Below, piece by piece: positions 1 to 10,895 of a DNA stretch of 64,000 nucleotides. The notes under the pieces are model-generated. The model did not search any database. It saw only the letters and a list, made by a program, of their open reading frames with translations, and was not told the origin of the DNA. The stretch spans positions 471,098-535,097 of the forward strand of contig MU054096.1 in NCBI GenBank assembly GCA_013239625.1. Direction: 5' to 3'. The number at the start of each line of letters is the position of its first letter. Position 1 is the stretch's first letter. This DNA is from Lama guanicoe (taxonomy: Eukaryota). A program made the position numbers and the translations under genes.

Positions 1-562
1 ATAGATGTTCATGGAAAACATAACTGCAAAAGGTGATGTTTGAAAATGAGAAAATACCCTGTATTCCACTTTCTGAGTATTTTGAAGCCAGGAGGAAATG
101 AGACAGCAAAAACCTCTTTAACAACCCTTAGTAGATTTTTATACTGCACAAACTACACAACTGCTCTGTAGTCTCCATGAAAGTTGAAGACTAGTCAAAA
201 CACATTGGCCAAATTTACACTAAATACTTAACATATTTAGCCACCATTTATTTTTAATAGAAAATATGATTGGTAATGTCATATTAGTAAAAACACAAAG
301 TAGCAGCATGTTAAAACCTCTCTTAGGATTTTTTGATGGTACTAATAAAGGTATTAATATAAAAATTCTGGATTATAAAATATAAGCCAAAGTACACTTG
401 AAAAAAAATCAACATTTCTATGTATTTGTTTAGTACTAATTTATCCTATATGAAAACCTGTGAATGTTACAAACAAAATGTTGCAGAAACCAAGATTCAA
501 AAGATGTAATACTCTTGGAACTTCAAAGAGATTGAGAAATTCCTTTAAAAAAAAAACTTTAT

Positions 563-586
563 CACACACACACACACACACACACA
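563..586 (+). repeat. (CA)n microsatellite inside the EBLL
   Basis: About 12 CA units next to an A-run. Confidence 0.95.
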
Positions 587-1922
587 AAGAAATTTCTTTA
601 AAAAAGAAGTTGTAAGTTTGATGAAAAATATATTATTGTTGCTCAAGGAACTGTTGTTGAAATATGACCTGTTGACATAGATATGAACCTCTCTGTTGTA
701 GACAAAAACTAAAAACAGTGACAGAACCTTTTCCATGTGTGATGGTGACTCCTTAGGTGTTCAATATTCAGGAAACTTGACAAAATCTTCCTCAGCTTTG
801 CATCTGATCAATGGGTGACCTTTTCAGTAATTCTTTATAATAACTCTTTAACCTGGTCACGGGGCTACAAAAACTCTCCTAACTTGGCAGTGTCTGCATC
901 AAAAACAAACCAAGAAAAAGAAGCATCTTCAAAATTTTGTGAAATCACTCCATGTTATGTCCTATCAGCTTCAAGGCTCTGAACCAGCATAGGTCAGGAT
1001 ATTAAAAGTTGGGTGGGTTCTTTTAGAAGACAACTGTATTCACCAGAAGATCTGTTAATCCATGGTGAAAATGACATTAAAAAAAAATGGAGGCAGATAT
1101 AGGATCAGTCTCGTTTTCAATGCCTGGCACAGAAGCCCAGAAGATTGCCACCAATACCTCACTCATTCTAACTGTTGAGTCAGTGTTTGCTATTGTCAAT
1201 AGAACACGCGAACCTCAAAACCAGAGAGATCTAACAATAGCCTGAAATCACAGTGGTGTACCTCGTGACACCAAAGTCTGCAAGCTTCTTCATCAGCTGA
1301 GATAGTCTTGATTTCTCATAATCAGTAGCGACATTTCTCTTCATCAATTCCATGACTGGTTAACAATAATGTCAACAAAAATGGATGTTCTGAGAGTTTG
1401 TCACCAAATAGCCAACTTGAGCTGATCACAATCAGTCAGTTCCAAGCTGTTTACAACCTCTATGGTCGTCTGCATAGACATTGGGGAAAGTTTCCGGGGG
1501 CTTTTGGATCAAGTTTCCTGAGGGTTTTAGATCCAACTGGATACTTTCCACCAATGGTACCATCAAGGATATCTACACATGGACAACAGACTGTCTTCAA
1601 TTAGAACTTCAAGGATAGTGTCTGTCTTCTCCACAATGATTGTTCTTTCCAGCATTACAGCATCAGACGTCTCAGATTCCGAGTTCATAGACAAAGATAT
1701 TTTAAAATTCCCAATACTTAGTTTCAATCCACACACATTTGCAATACCATCACCGTTCAATAAAGCAGGCCCAATCTTTGCAAAACCAACAGAGGTCAAC
1801 TCTCAGAATATAATCCTCAAGGTTAAGTCATGGACATTTCTTGATGCAGTAAAGGCTGTCTGCCAAGTTATTTTTTGGAGACCCAAGCAGCAGGGTTGGG
1901 GTTGTGGTGGGAATCAGTGGTA

Positions 1923-2151
1923 CAGCTGACCCTAGCACATTCTGCGGGGTAAGAGCAGGGAGTGGGTAAGGGCGCCTACCTTCCATGCAGTTGAAAGTCT
2001 GCAGACAACCTAACATTGGCCCTCTGAATCTATGGTCCCTCATCTTTGCACATTCAACAAACCTTGGACCATGTAGTACTGTCGTACTTACCATTGGAAA
2101 AAAACCCACGTGTAAGTGCAGTTCAAATCCACGTTGTTCAAGGGTCAACAC
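1923..2151. mobile_element. MER8/Tigger2-like non-autonomous TcMar DNA transposon inserted in the EBLL
   Basis: TA|CAGCTGACCCT at the left end and TTGTTCAAGGGTCAAC at the right end match Tigger2-type TIRs (CAGTTGACCCTTGAACAA); about 230 bp. Confidence 0.8.
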
Positions 2152-2814
2152 ATGTGTTTTATGCACAGGAAGCATTTCTGCAGGTTCTGCTCAAGAGACC
2201 TCTTGGAAGCTGCTGCCTGTGGGCTTGTATGAGTGCTTTTTTTCCCCATCAAGTCCTTAGGAAAACCAAATTTCAGTTGCCACTTCCTAGGGCTTCAATG
2301 TGCCAGCCCCTATATTTTCATAACTCACTCAGAATCTCATCTAATATAAAATGCAAGGGACTCATGTCTAATGACAGGTTTCTCCACCTGGTAAATACTA
2401 GCTTTCACTTGCTTGAAAATTTCAAGATGAAGAGGGAACAAAGACTTCCTCTTGATAGCAGAAACTCGTGGAAATGTGACTCCCCCGGTGTAGCCAGTGG
2501 TAAAAAACATCAGCATAGCTCCAGCCTTAGACCCAAATTAAAACCATCAGCTCAGCCTGACTGTGATGTGGCCGTAACATTTCACCACATTAAATGTGCG
2601 ATAACTGTGCCTGGGCAGGTAATGTGATCTGACAGTGGTCGTTGTCACCATGGAACTGTCATGTCTGAACTGTTTCCTCAGTCCCAGAGAGCCCATGTCC
2701 ATCACGAGTATTTATTCTAGCCTAAACTGACTGTGACAGTAATAATGTATGCAGTGCTGGAAGAATCCAAATCAGAAAAGCAAATTAATATTTATTGACT
2801 GCTCACTATGTATC

Positions 2815-3402
2815 TGTGGCAGACAGATCTAAGATGACCCCCCAATGATTTCACACCTCCTGAGGCCATGCCTTTGTGCAGTCTCCTTCCCTTGAGTGTG
2901 TGCAGGACTTGAGACTTGCTTCCTACCAATACAGTCAAAAGTGATAGGATGTCACTTCCTTGATTGGGTTACCTTACATGGCAAAGGTGGTAGACCATCA
3001 TTCCTGTGATTATATTACGTTACATGAAATTCCTTCTTGGCAGGGATGCTCTGCCATATTGACGAAGCCCACAAGGCAAGAAAATGGGGTTGACCTCTAG
3101 AACCTGGGTATGATCTCTAGCCAACAGCCCGCAAAAAGCCAGGGCTCTCCTTCATCACGTAGCCACAAGGAAATGAATTCTGCTGATAATCTGAATAAGC
3201 TTGGAAGCAAGCTTTTCCCCCAGGCAAAACTGCAGCCTGGCTGATACCTGGATCACAGTCACGTGTAATCCTGAGCAAAGTTACCATTGTAAGCTGTCCC
3301 TGGACTTCTGACCCACGGAAACTGTGAGATAGCAAATGTGGGGTGTGGTTTTGGCTGCCACATTTGTGGTGATTTGTTATAGCAGCAATGGGAAACTAAT
3401 AC
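2815..3402 (+). mobile_element. MaLR solo LTR, MLT1E-like
   Basis: Starts TGTGGCAGACAG..CTAAGATGACCCCC, contains CCCTTGAGTGTG, ends TTGTTATAGCAGCAAT..AACTAATACA. Confidence 0.8.
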
Positions 3403-3495
3403 ATCTATTTTGTTACATCGCCTTAATAACCTAGGAATTGTGATAACTTAAGCAGGACATAAAGTTTAAAAGCTTATTCTCCCTCCACCAAAAGT

Positions 3496-3577
3496 GGGGA
3501 AAGGGTATAGCTCAGTGAATGCATGCTTAGCATGCACAAGGTCCTGGGTTCAATCCCCAGTACCTCCACTAAAAAAA

Positions 3578-3632
<55 letters not shown>

Positions 3633-3647
3633 AAATTAAAAAAAAAG
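3496..3647 (+). mobile_element. tRNA-derived SINE (camelid vic-1-like) with (TAAA)n tail
   Basis: GGGTATAGCTCAGTG (A box), GGTTCAATCCC (B box), AGTACCTCCA, then a long (AAAT)n tail. Confidence 0.88.
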
Positions 3648-3819
3648 TTTTTGCCCTTGTCTTAAGAAAATAGCCACACGAGTTTTCAGGGTTCTTGTCC
3701 ATGAATTGAGGAGAACCTGCTTTGATATCTTGCATCTGATATCTGAATAGTCATATGTAAATTATGAGAACCAATTGTCTTTAAAATGACATGATACAAA
3801 TCATGCCCAATAGGATGTT

Positions 3820-4270
3820 AGCAGATGTTGCCAGTGTCTTGCACCTGCCCCGCCCACCATGACTATTTGGTTGACAACTTCCTGCTGTGAGTACCCGTGA
3901 CCCTACCGGCGAATGCTCTTTGGCATTCAGCTTATGGGTGGGACAGGCTGAAAGTTCTGGGAGACTGATGTCTCTGGGAGCATCCCTCAGCCAGTGGGAG
4001 ATGGAGTTAGAAGAGAAGCCCTCTGCTTCCTTGGTCCTCAGGTACAGCTATGCTAAGGAGTGCTCCACATCATTTCCCACAAGCCCCCAGTGGGATTGAG
4101 ACCCAGGTACCTGCAGTGATAACCTAACCATTAACCCACCCTGTGATAGTTTCTTTCCCCTCCTTATCTCACTTCCCAATTCTTAACAGTGGTTCCTGGA
4201 ATCTCCTCTCCAAGGGAATGGTTTGAACTAATTCCTTTCCTTGGTGTCTGCTTCCATGTGAAGTCAAAGA
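3820..4270 (+). mobile_element. ERVL solo LTR, LTR16-like
   Basis: GGGACAGGC..GGGAG..CCCTCAGCCAGTG, CCCCAGTGGGATTGAG, CCTTATCTCACTTCCC, GTCTGCTTC motifs typical of LTR16. Confidence 0.7.
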
Positions 4271-4334
4271 GGTAGGGGCACTTCACGTTGGATGGAAATT
4301 TGGTAGAAACCCAATCAGGAAGGACAAAAACAAG

Positions 4335-4546
4335 CAATAGGTTTATACTGTTTAGCACAGGGAACTATATTCAATATCTTGTAGTAACTTATGGTGAAAA
4401 AGAATATGAAAACAAATACATGTATCTTCCTATATGACTGAAGCATTGTGCTGTACACCAGGAATTGACACAACATTGTAAACTGAATATACTTCAGTAA
4501 AAATATATTAAAGAATGAAAAAAATAAATAAAAATAATTTTTTAAA
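4335..4546 (+). mobile_element. 5'-truncated L1 3' end (lineage-type) with TSD
   Basis: AGCACAGGGAACTATATTCAATATCTTG..GCTGTACACCAG..A-rich tail; TSD AGGACAAAA(A/G)CAAG at 4321-4334 and 4547-4560. Confidence 0.88.
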
Positions 4547-4887
4547 AGGACAAAAGCAAGTACACAGATTGTCTTGAAGAGTACCCTTAAGAATTTTCTA
4601 GGAAAACTGCATGAAAAGGAGAAATAAACTGACCAGAAACTACTGATTGTATTTGTCAAACTCAATATTTACTAGCCAAGCTCTGATGAGTAACTTGACC
4701 CCCAGATACTTTAATACTGGGAAGGAAGTGTGCTGGATGGTGGACACTGGTGTACTTCACTGGAGAAACATCTCCCCTGTTGTGAAATCACATGCTTGCA
4801 TTCTGATTATACATCAGAATCTCTTGAGTTTGGTTAGTGTGAGTCAGTTTCAAAAGGCCTGTCAGCTCTGACAGCAACCACTGATTA

Positions 4888-4997
4888 CTAAACTTATTGG
4901 GGTGATCATTTCACAATGTATACAAATATCAAATCACTGTGCTATACACTTGAAATGAAAATGATATGGTATGTCAGTTATACTTCAATTTAAAAAG
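4888..4997 (+). mobile_element. Old L1 3' end fragment (L1MA/MB-like)
   Basis: GGTGATCATTTCACAATGTATACAAATATCAAATCA..TATGTCAGTTATACTTCAAT. Confidence 0.75.
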
Positions 4998-5789
4998 GAA
5001 AGAATTAGACACTGGAACTGCCACCCCAGAAGTCTTTGTCTGGGCAGGCGGGTAGAATCTTTTTATGTATTTATCACTTTCCTCAACAATTCTCAGTATG
5101 CAATCAAAAGCATACACTAATCCCAGACAGTTATAGCTTGAGAAATAGTGTCATTTAATTATGTTTCGGTATAAAGGGATACCAGAAAGAGTATCACTAA
5201 ATCAATAAAGGGTGTGTCCAACATGGGCAAACAAGGAGGAGAAAATGCTTGTGTTCTTGTCTCCTTTCTACATGTGCAACTTAGTATAGGAGCCCCTCCT
5301 TCATGGCAGCTTTGAGTTCTCGTTAACCTCAACACCCAGTCCTTTTTTTCTTTTTTTTTTTTTAATTTCAAAATAATGTTCCTAACTACACTGACAGAGC
5401 AATCAGAGCAACACTGACAAAATAAAAATGGAATACTGTTTTTTTAGGAAATATACGTACTCCCTGGCATTAAATTCTGAAAGAGATTCATTGCACTAGA
5501 TAACATAATGGTGGATCTCCAAACTTCCACAAAATCTGAGGATTGCACAAGCTAAGGAGGACACGGAACCTTGACATTCTTCAACTGGGAGCAGTGAGTC
5601 TCACCCAGGTCCAAAGTCCCCATGGAGACCACAGGGCCTTTCATAAGAGTTCTCCCCACACGTCATCCGCAGACTGACTAAAAAGATCTCACACAAATAT
5701 GCCTGGCTGTTTTTGCAGATGCAGGTGTGTTTTTGATTATAATACTTTTGAATTCTTGGTAGTGGTTAGCATTTTTTGATGATCACTAT

Positions 5790-5900
5790 ATATTTTTTTA
5801 TACTATATATATAAATATATTTTCAGATTCTTTTCCATGATAGCTTATTACAAGAGATAGAATATGGTTCCCTGTGCTAAACAGTAGGCCCTTGTTATTT
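5790..5900 (-). mobile_element. L1 3' end fragment
   Basis: CAGATTCTTTTCCAT..TTATTACAAG..GAATATGGTTCCCTGTGCTA..CAGTAGG. Confidence 0.75.
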
Positions 5901-6239
5901 ATTTTTTCACTGTTTTCTTAATCAATGGGCACTCAATAAAACTGTGGTCATGCTGACAGTTTGGGGGTAATAAAGAACACTCATATATTAGGAGATTAAG
6001 AGCCATGATTTAGGCAGCCAAATGGGCAGCATGGCCCTTGGAATATCTCTCCGAAGAAGACAATCTTGCTTCCACGCTGCTGTCTCCAGGAAATCTCTCT
6101 GGGATTCTAGAACACGTGTCTTCAACAGAAACCTAGGTCTCTAAGCCCACAGGTATAAACACGTCAGGACTTCACTGGACTCTTCCAAATAACGTTCGCT
6201 CTCATTTCTGTAGTGCTTCACCCTTTCATATATATTTCC

Positions 6240-6790
6240 TTTCAATCCTTTCCGCAACCCCTTGAGGTGGGAAGGGCCAGGTTATCCTAATTTTCAGATG
6301 AGATGAGCAGTCCGTCTCCTGGGGGTTGACTTTCTCAGCCAACATCTGGCAGAAGCATGAGTGAGACCTGAGCCCCCTGAAATCCACCTAGAATACGGCT
6401 TCAAAACAAACAGAAGATAAAGTGCTAGCCTTCTGAGAATCACGGAACCTTTCTCTGAATCAGGATGTCTACTCCCAGTACGTTCTTATGTGCCTGGAAA
6501 GCAGCACACGGACCACATAAAATGTGATATTCAACAAAATATGTCTGGAAGTCCAGGAGTCCAAAATGGAAAAACACTATTTAACATAAATAAGTTACTG
6601 ATTTAATATTTAACTCTCACTATTAACATCACTTCGATGATGTTTTAGGCACAGGATACTTTCTGTGGCTTATTCCATTTCATCATCGCCCCTGTCCTCG
6701 GAGGCGTTTTATCTCATTTTCTAAGGTGGGAAAGTGGGCTCAGAGAGTGTAAGCGACTTGCCCAGGGTCACACAGCTAGAACACTGACAA
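6240..6790. mobile_element. Two MIR fragments (about 6240-6400 and 6640-6790)
   Basis: ATTTTCAGATGAG; GGGCTCAGAGAGTGTAAGCGACTTGCCCAGGGTCACACAGCTAG (MIR core). Confidence 0.65.
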
Positions 6791-7379
6791 GGAACATCTG
6801 AAATTTACCTGGTAGCCATTTTCTCTCATTGCGCACTTCCCCCCCGATGCTTGAAGATTCTCCTCCCGAGCGTCTACATTTTTCTTGGATCATTATTTAT
6901 CCTTTGCCTCTGATCACCCAGGCCGTAAATGTTCAGGATCCTAGATTCACCACGCACCCTTGAAATGCTGCACGAATTGTCCCGGCGGAGGGCAGACAAA
7001 GGGGAGGTAAGGCTGGACTTACCAGGCCTTCTCTCTCACCCACTAAATATCTCATTACCAGGGACCAGCCGGATGTCAGCGTGTCACACGTTATTCTGAG
7101 GGCAGAGCAAGAGCCCCTCAGGTCGGCAGATAATCAGGAAACAGCGTTATGAGAGTTGACATCTTATGAATAATTATTTTAAAAATCTGTTCATTTCTGT
7201 CCCTTCAGCTCCAGCTGGGCCAGTCGGTCCTACCAAGTCGCCTGGTCTAACTGTGATGAGAACATCGTGTAAACAAGGTGCTGGTTGCCCTTAGTTATTA
7301 TTTTTTTTAAAGGAAGTTCCTCCGAAGGTTATATTGTGAGAGTGTGTGGCTAACTGCTGGGGTGTCAACTTCCAAAAAT

Positions 7380-8560
7380 ATGTGTGAGCTGCGATCTGTG
7401 TTCCCCGAGATGGCGGGTCCGTGCGTCCTGTGGCCGCAGTGGACAAGGGGCATCTGCTGCTGGCGCGGGGCTCCAGCCCTCTGAATGCCACGAGCACCGC
7501 GGGGTCAGGCGGGCCCTCCGCCCTCTGTGCGGGGGCTACTTGAGTTAAATGGGACACTTTGACTCACTGGCCGCTAACAGCTCCATTCGGGGTATGATCC
7601 ACCATTAATTTAGGGGCAGTTTGGGGATTAAGATGAAAACCGCGTGACATAAAATATATTCATCCCATGTAATACTCGTCTTTATTTCAGAAACAGAACA
7701 CATGAAAAAAGTCAACCATAAAGCTCTAAGATAGTAATTCTTCGTGAGATGTGTTGTCCTGGGGCCACACCCAGAACTAGGGGGGTGTGAAGGGCTGTAG
7801 AGGGCAGGGGGCGGAGCAGGGGGGCTGGGGGAAGTGGAGTGGGAGGGGCTGGNNNNNNNNNNNNNNNNNNNNNNNNNNNNNNNNNNNNNNNNNNNNNNNN
7901 NNNNNNNNNNNNNNNNNNNNNNNNNNNNNNNNNNNNNNNNNNNNNNNNNNNNNNNNNNNGGTTGGGTTGGGGAGGGGAGGGAGCTGTGGGGAATCTGGAA
8001 CCTTCTCTTCAAGAGCGGCTCAGGTACAATCAAACCAACCCTTAGGACCTAGAACTCGGGACAAATTAAGCTGTCTCCTCCAAACACATTTATAAAGATG
8101 ACCTGAGTTCCAAATGAGCAGTGGAAAAAGCAGCCACGAAATGTCTACCCCGAAGGGAGTGTGTGGGAGGGGGCGGCTCTCTGCTTTGCTCTTAGCCAGC
8201 AGCGAGGAGTCGTAAGTCGTGGGGTGGGGCATCTCCTGGAGTCCCCCCGGGAGGCACACCCCTTAAACCAAATCCACGAGCCCAGCATCGTCCCCCGGCA
8301 TCCTCCTCCATCCTCAGTCTCGTCTTTCTACTTGTGGTTGTTTAATCCCCATGACCTGGAAGTGAGGGAGCAAGAAACTGAGGGAGCTTTCTCCTCAAAG
8401 GGTCCCCTGGGCTGCAGAGAGGGGCAGGAGGAAGGGCCGCAACCCGGGCTTCAGGTCTGTAAGCCCAGGGCGAGTCCCCCGCGCAGTCAGAGTCTGTGCG
8501 CTCGCAGGACTCAAGCCTTCCTGGAAGGCTGAGAGGAGAGATGTCGAGGCAAGGGCGACC
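7380..8560. promoter_or_regulatory. GC/CpG-enriched island-like region with G-tracts; possible promoter or enhancer
   Basis: Many CpGs relative to flanks, GC boxes (GGGGCGG near 7808 and 8171), G-runs flanking the N gap. Confidence 0.45.
7853..7959. other. Assembly gap (107 N)
   Basis: Run of N. Confidence 1.
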
Positions 8561-8685
8561 ATCTGTCTTAGTTTACCTGTGACTGAGGGATTCCTGGGAC
8601 ACGAGACAGTATTCAAACCAGGAAAATCTCAGGCAAACAAGGACAAAGTGATCGACAGAGCTGGCCATCATTGTTTTTTTCCCCC

Positions 8686-8855
8686 CAGTGGTTCCCAGCC
8701 CCGGCTGCAGAATAGAACTACTGGGAGAGCTTCAAAATGCTGATGCCTAGGGGTTATCCCAGACCCCTGAATCTGAATCTCTGAGCCTATCTATACTATT
8801 TTTTTTTAATCTCTGAAGGTTATTTTGATGTACAGTAAAGATGGAGAAACCCTGA
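8686..8855. mobile_element. MER5-family hAT MITE
   Basis: CAGTGGTTCCCAGCCCCGGCTGCA..GAATCTCTG..GAGAAACCCTG. Confidence 0.7.
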
Positions 8856-9810
8856 TTCAGAGCATCAATGACTTTCTTTCCTCAGCAGACCAGATGAAGG
8901 GATGAGCTTACATAATGGTCCACAGTCAAGACGGAGAAAGTGGCTCAGCAAAGTCTTACTGGAGGCACATCAGAGGAGGTCCGTGTCCTCAAGGATGTAA
9001 CACCCGGAGCAAGCCCTCAGTTGACTAAACTAGCCAACGGTAGTGCGGGGGGTACTCCAAGGACCGCAGTGCCAGCTGCCACCCCAGGACTTGTGTGGGG
9101 AGACAGATGCTATTCTGGAAAACCTTTCCTTAGGTTGGCATCCAGCCCTCCAGCTCATCGCAAGGAGGAGGCCAGTATGTTGTGATGGAAACAAATCTCG
9201 GTGGGGTGGGGAGGTTCTTTTAACTAGTGAACAAAATAAATGCATTCTGAGAGTGTGATGGCGTCTCACTTCTTTTTTTTTTTTAAGAAATAAAAAGTTG
9301 TAAAATTTGGAAATTAAAGATTGCCAAAATCAGAAAGGCTCAAGTTAAAATCTTGTAAGAAGAAGAGTCATTTCTGAATTGTTTCACATGAAATAGAGAC
9401 TATCACTTCAGGATCAGTTTCCTCAATTTGCCTTGTTTTTCCTGATCCTGTGGCATTCTGCAGCATTGGACAGACCAGGGTTGTACTTTTCTGAGCAGCC
9501 CCACGCTGAGAATAACTTCTCACCTATATATTTTAAAACCACACATCAGAGTTAGCCGATGCCTATCCTATGACATGATATGCCCACAGCCAGTTACAGT
9601 GGCCAAAAATCCACTCAAAGTAGATTTGAATCAGTCTGTGTTCGTGTTGTTACTTTTTGATCACCACTTTTTGAATTATAAAAACCATAGCGTTGAATAC
9701 AATTTTGAGCAACAACAAAAAAAAATCTATTCTTCTGCAGTGATTATTTTCACTTTTGCGTTTCTTCATACATCTTAATTTCCAATGACGGTATCAATAA
9801 GAAGAAATCA

Positions 9811-10187
9811 AGAAAGAAAAATACCGTATGATATCACTCATATGTGGAATCTTAAAAAAAGAAAGAAGAGGACACTAATGAACTCATCTACAAAACAGAA
9901 ACAGACTCGCAGACATAGTAAACAATCTTATGGTTACTGGGGGGAAGGGGGTGGGAAGGGATAAATTTGGGAGTTTGAGATTTACAAATGTTAGCCACTA
10001 TATCTAAAAATAGATTTTTTTAAAAAAGTTTCTTCTGTGTAGCACAGGGAACTATGTTCAATATCTTATAATAACCTTTAATAAAAAATGTGAAACCGAA
10101 TATATGTATTATATGCATGACTGGGACAGTGTGCTGTACACCAGAAATTGACACATTGTAATTGACTGTACTTCAATAAAATAAATA
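9811..10187 (+). mobile_element. 5'-truncated young L1 3'UTR with TSD
   Basis: ATGATATCACTCATATGTGGAATCT..GCATGACTGGGACAGTGTGCTGTACACCAGAAATTGACAC..AATAAA; TSD AATAAGAAGAAA(T/C)CA at 9796-9810 and 10188-10202. Confidence 0.9.
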
Positions 10188-10341
10188 AATAAGAAGAAAC
10201 CAGAATTTAATATTTATTAAGCCTCTCTGGAGTAGGATGGCTTTGTCAGCTTGGAAGGAATAGAAAAAATTACAAAGAAAATGGCTGACCAATTTGACTG
10301 GGTAAAATTTCAGTCTCTCTGAAGGTACCCTGTGTGTGTGT

Positions 10342-10895
10342 GTGTGGTAGACACCGTCAAGTGACACCTAGAATCTTGCCCCACCTCCCTGTCACGTGCC
10401 TCCCTGTACTTCAGAGGTTGAAAGGCTGAACATGACTCCTCCCAGGCTCCTTTGAGGCCAGGGTGGCAGACGCGAACCAGAGTCACCGGTGAATGCATCT
10501 CTGTGAGGATCTGGAGGCAGAAGTGAGATATCTTGTGTTTGACTGTGTGTTTTTTCAGGCGTGGCTGTGGAGCTATGAGGTCCTCCAGAGCAGCGCCCGT
10601 GTCTACCCCCATCTTTGTGGTTGTCAGGACACATTCATGTTGCAGTAGTGGTGGCTTCCTGATTCCTGGGTCACGGCTGCAGTGGCGTGTTCTTCCTGCT
10701 GGTGGCAGATGTGGCAGAAACCTTTAAGGACCAGTTCTGCGACGTTGCGGAAGACATCCACAGAAGCTCAGCCTAGAGGCTGCCTGTACGGAACTTCCCA
10801 GGATTTCATAAGCATCTAATTCTCTGTGTTAAATCCCTTGATGTTTAAAATACCTGGAGTGGTTTCTGTGTTCTGTATTGATTTGTGACTGATAC
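10342..10895 (+). mobile_element. ERVL solo LTR, LTR33/LTR41-like
   Basis: TGTGGTAGAC start, GTGGCTTCCTGATTCC, AAATCCCTT..GGAGTGGTTTCTG..GACTGATACA end. Confidence 0.65.

Larger units (their letters stand above)
1..2720 (+). pseudogene. Endogenous bornavirus-like L polymerase element (EBLL), degraded by stops, frameshifts and deletions; open at left edge of window
   Basis: Collinear matches to BoDV-1 L as recalled (window vs virus): HFL..ETAKT 67-114 vs HFL..DTAKS; LNIFSHHYF 227-253 vs INLPHDDYF; IQK..SWNFKEI 495-533 vs VQKSWYFPEI; DIDMN 674-688 and SDRTF 717-731 vs DLDMD..SDKAI; LING 804-815 vs LIDG; QEKE 911-922 vs KEKE; YQ 963 to ISLVFNAW 1104-1127 at the same codon spacing as YQ to INLDYSSW (motif A); WLTIMST 1357-1377 vs LWTILTS (motif B); DHNQSV 1424-1441 vs GDNQTI (motif C); GTIKDIYTWTTDCL 1556-1597 vs GHNLKVEECWVSDCL (motif D); AFLQVLLKRPLG 2172-2207 vs ALLQTLIKTTG; FNVP 2294-2305 vs LNIA; RNSWKCDSPGV 2460-2492 vs RLTWGRDLVGV; HQHSS 2508-2522 vs HPHSS; LCLGR 2605-2619 vs LYLGS. 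Confidence 0.82.

Noticed and set aside
1563..1929. ORFs 1563-1799 (-) and 1579-1929 (+) as real genes
   Set aside because: Short antisense or mostly off-frame readings of the EBLL with no recognisable product or splice context.
2530..2580. KLKPSAQPDCDVAVT as a match to L KLRIAPYPDWLSLVT
   Set aside because: Out of collinear order; neighbouring blocks place this segment later in L, so it is treated as chance.
1..2720. Processed pseudogene of a cellular gene (fleeting resemblance to TBC/TLDc, DEPDC5 and ARHGAP5 peptides)
   Set aside because: Those similarities were isolated, low-identity and inconsistent in spacing. A mammalian retrocopy should be far closer to its parent, and the bornaviral L match is collinear over the whole region.
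7605..8095. ORFs spanning the N run
   Set aside because: Artefacts of the assembly gap.
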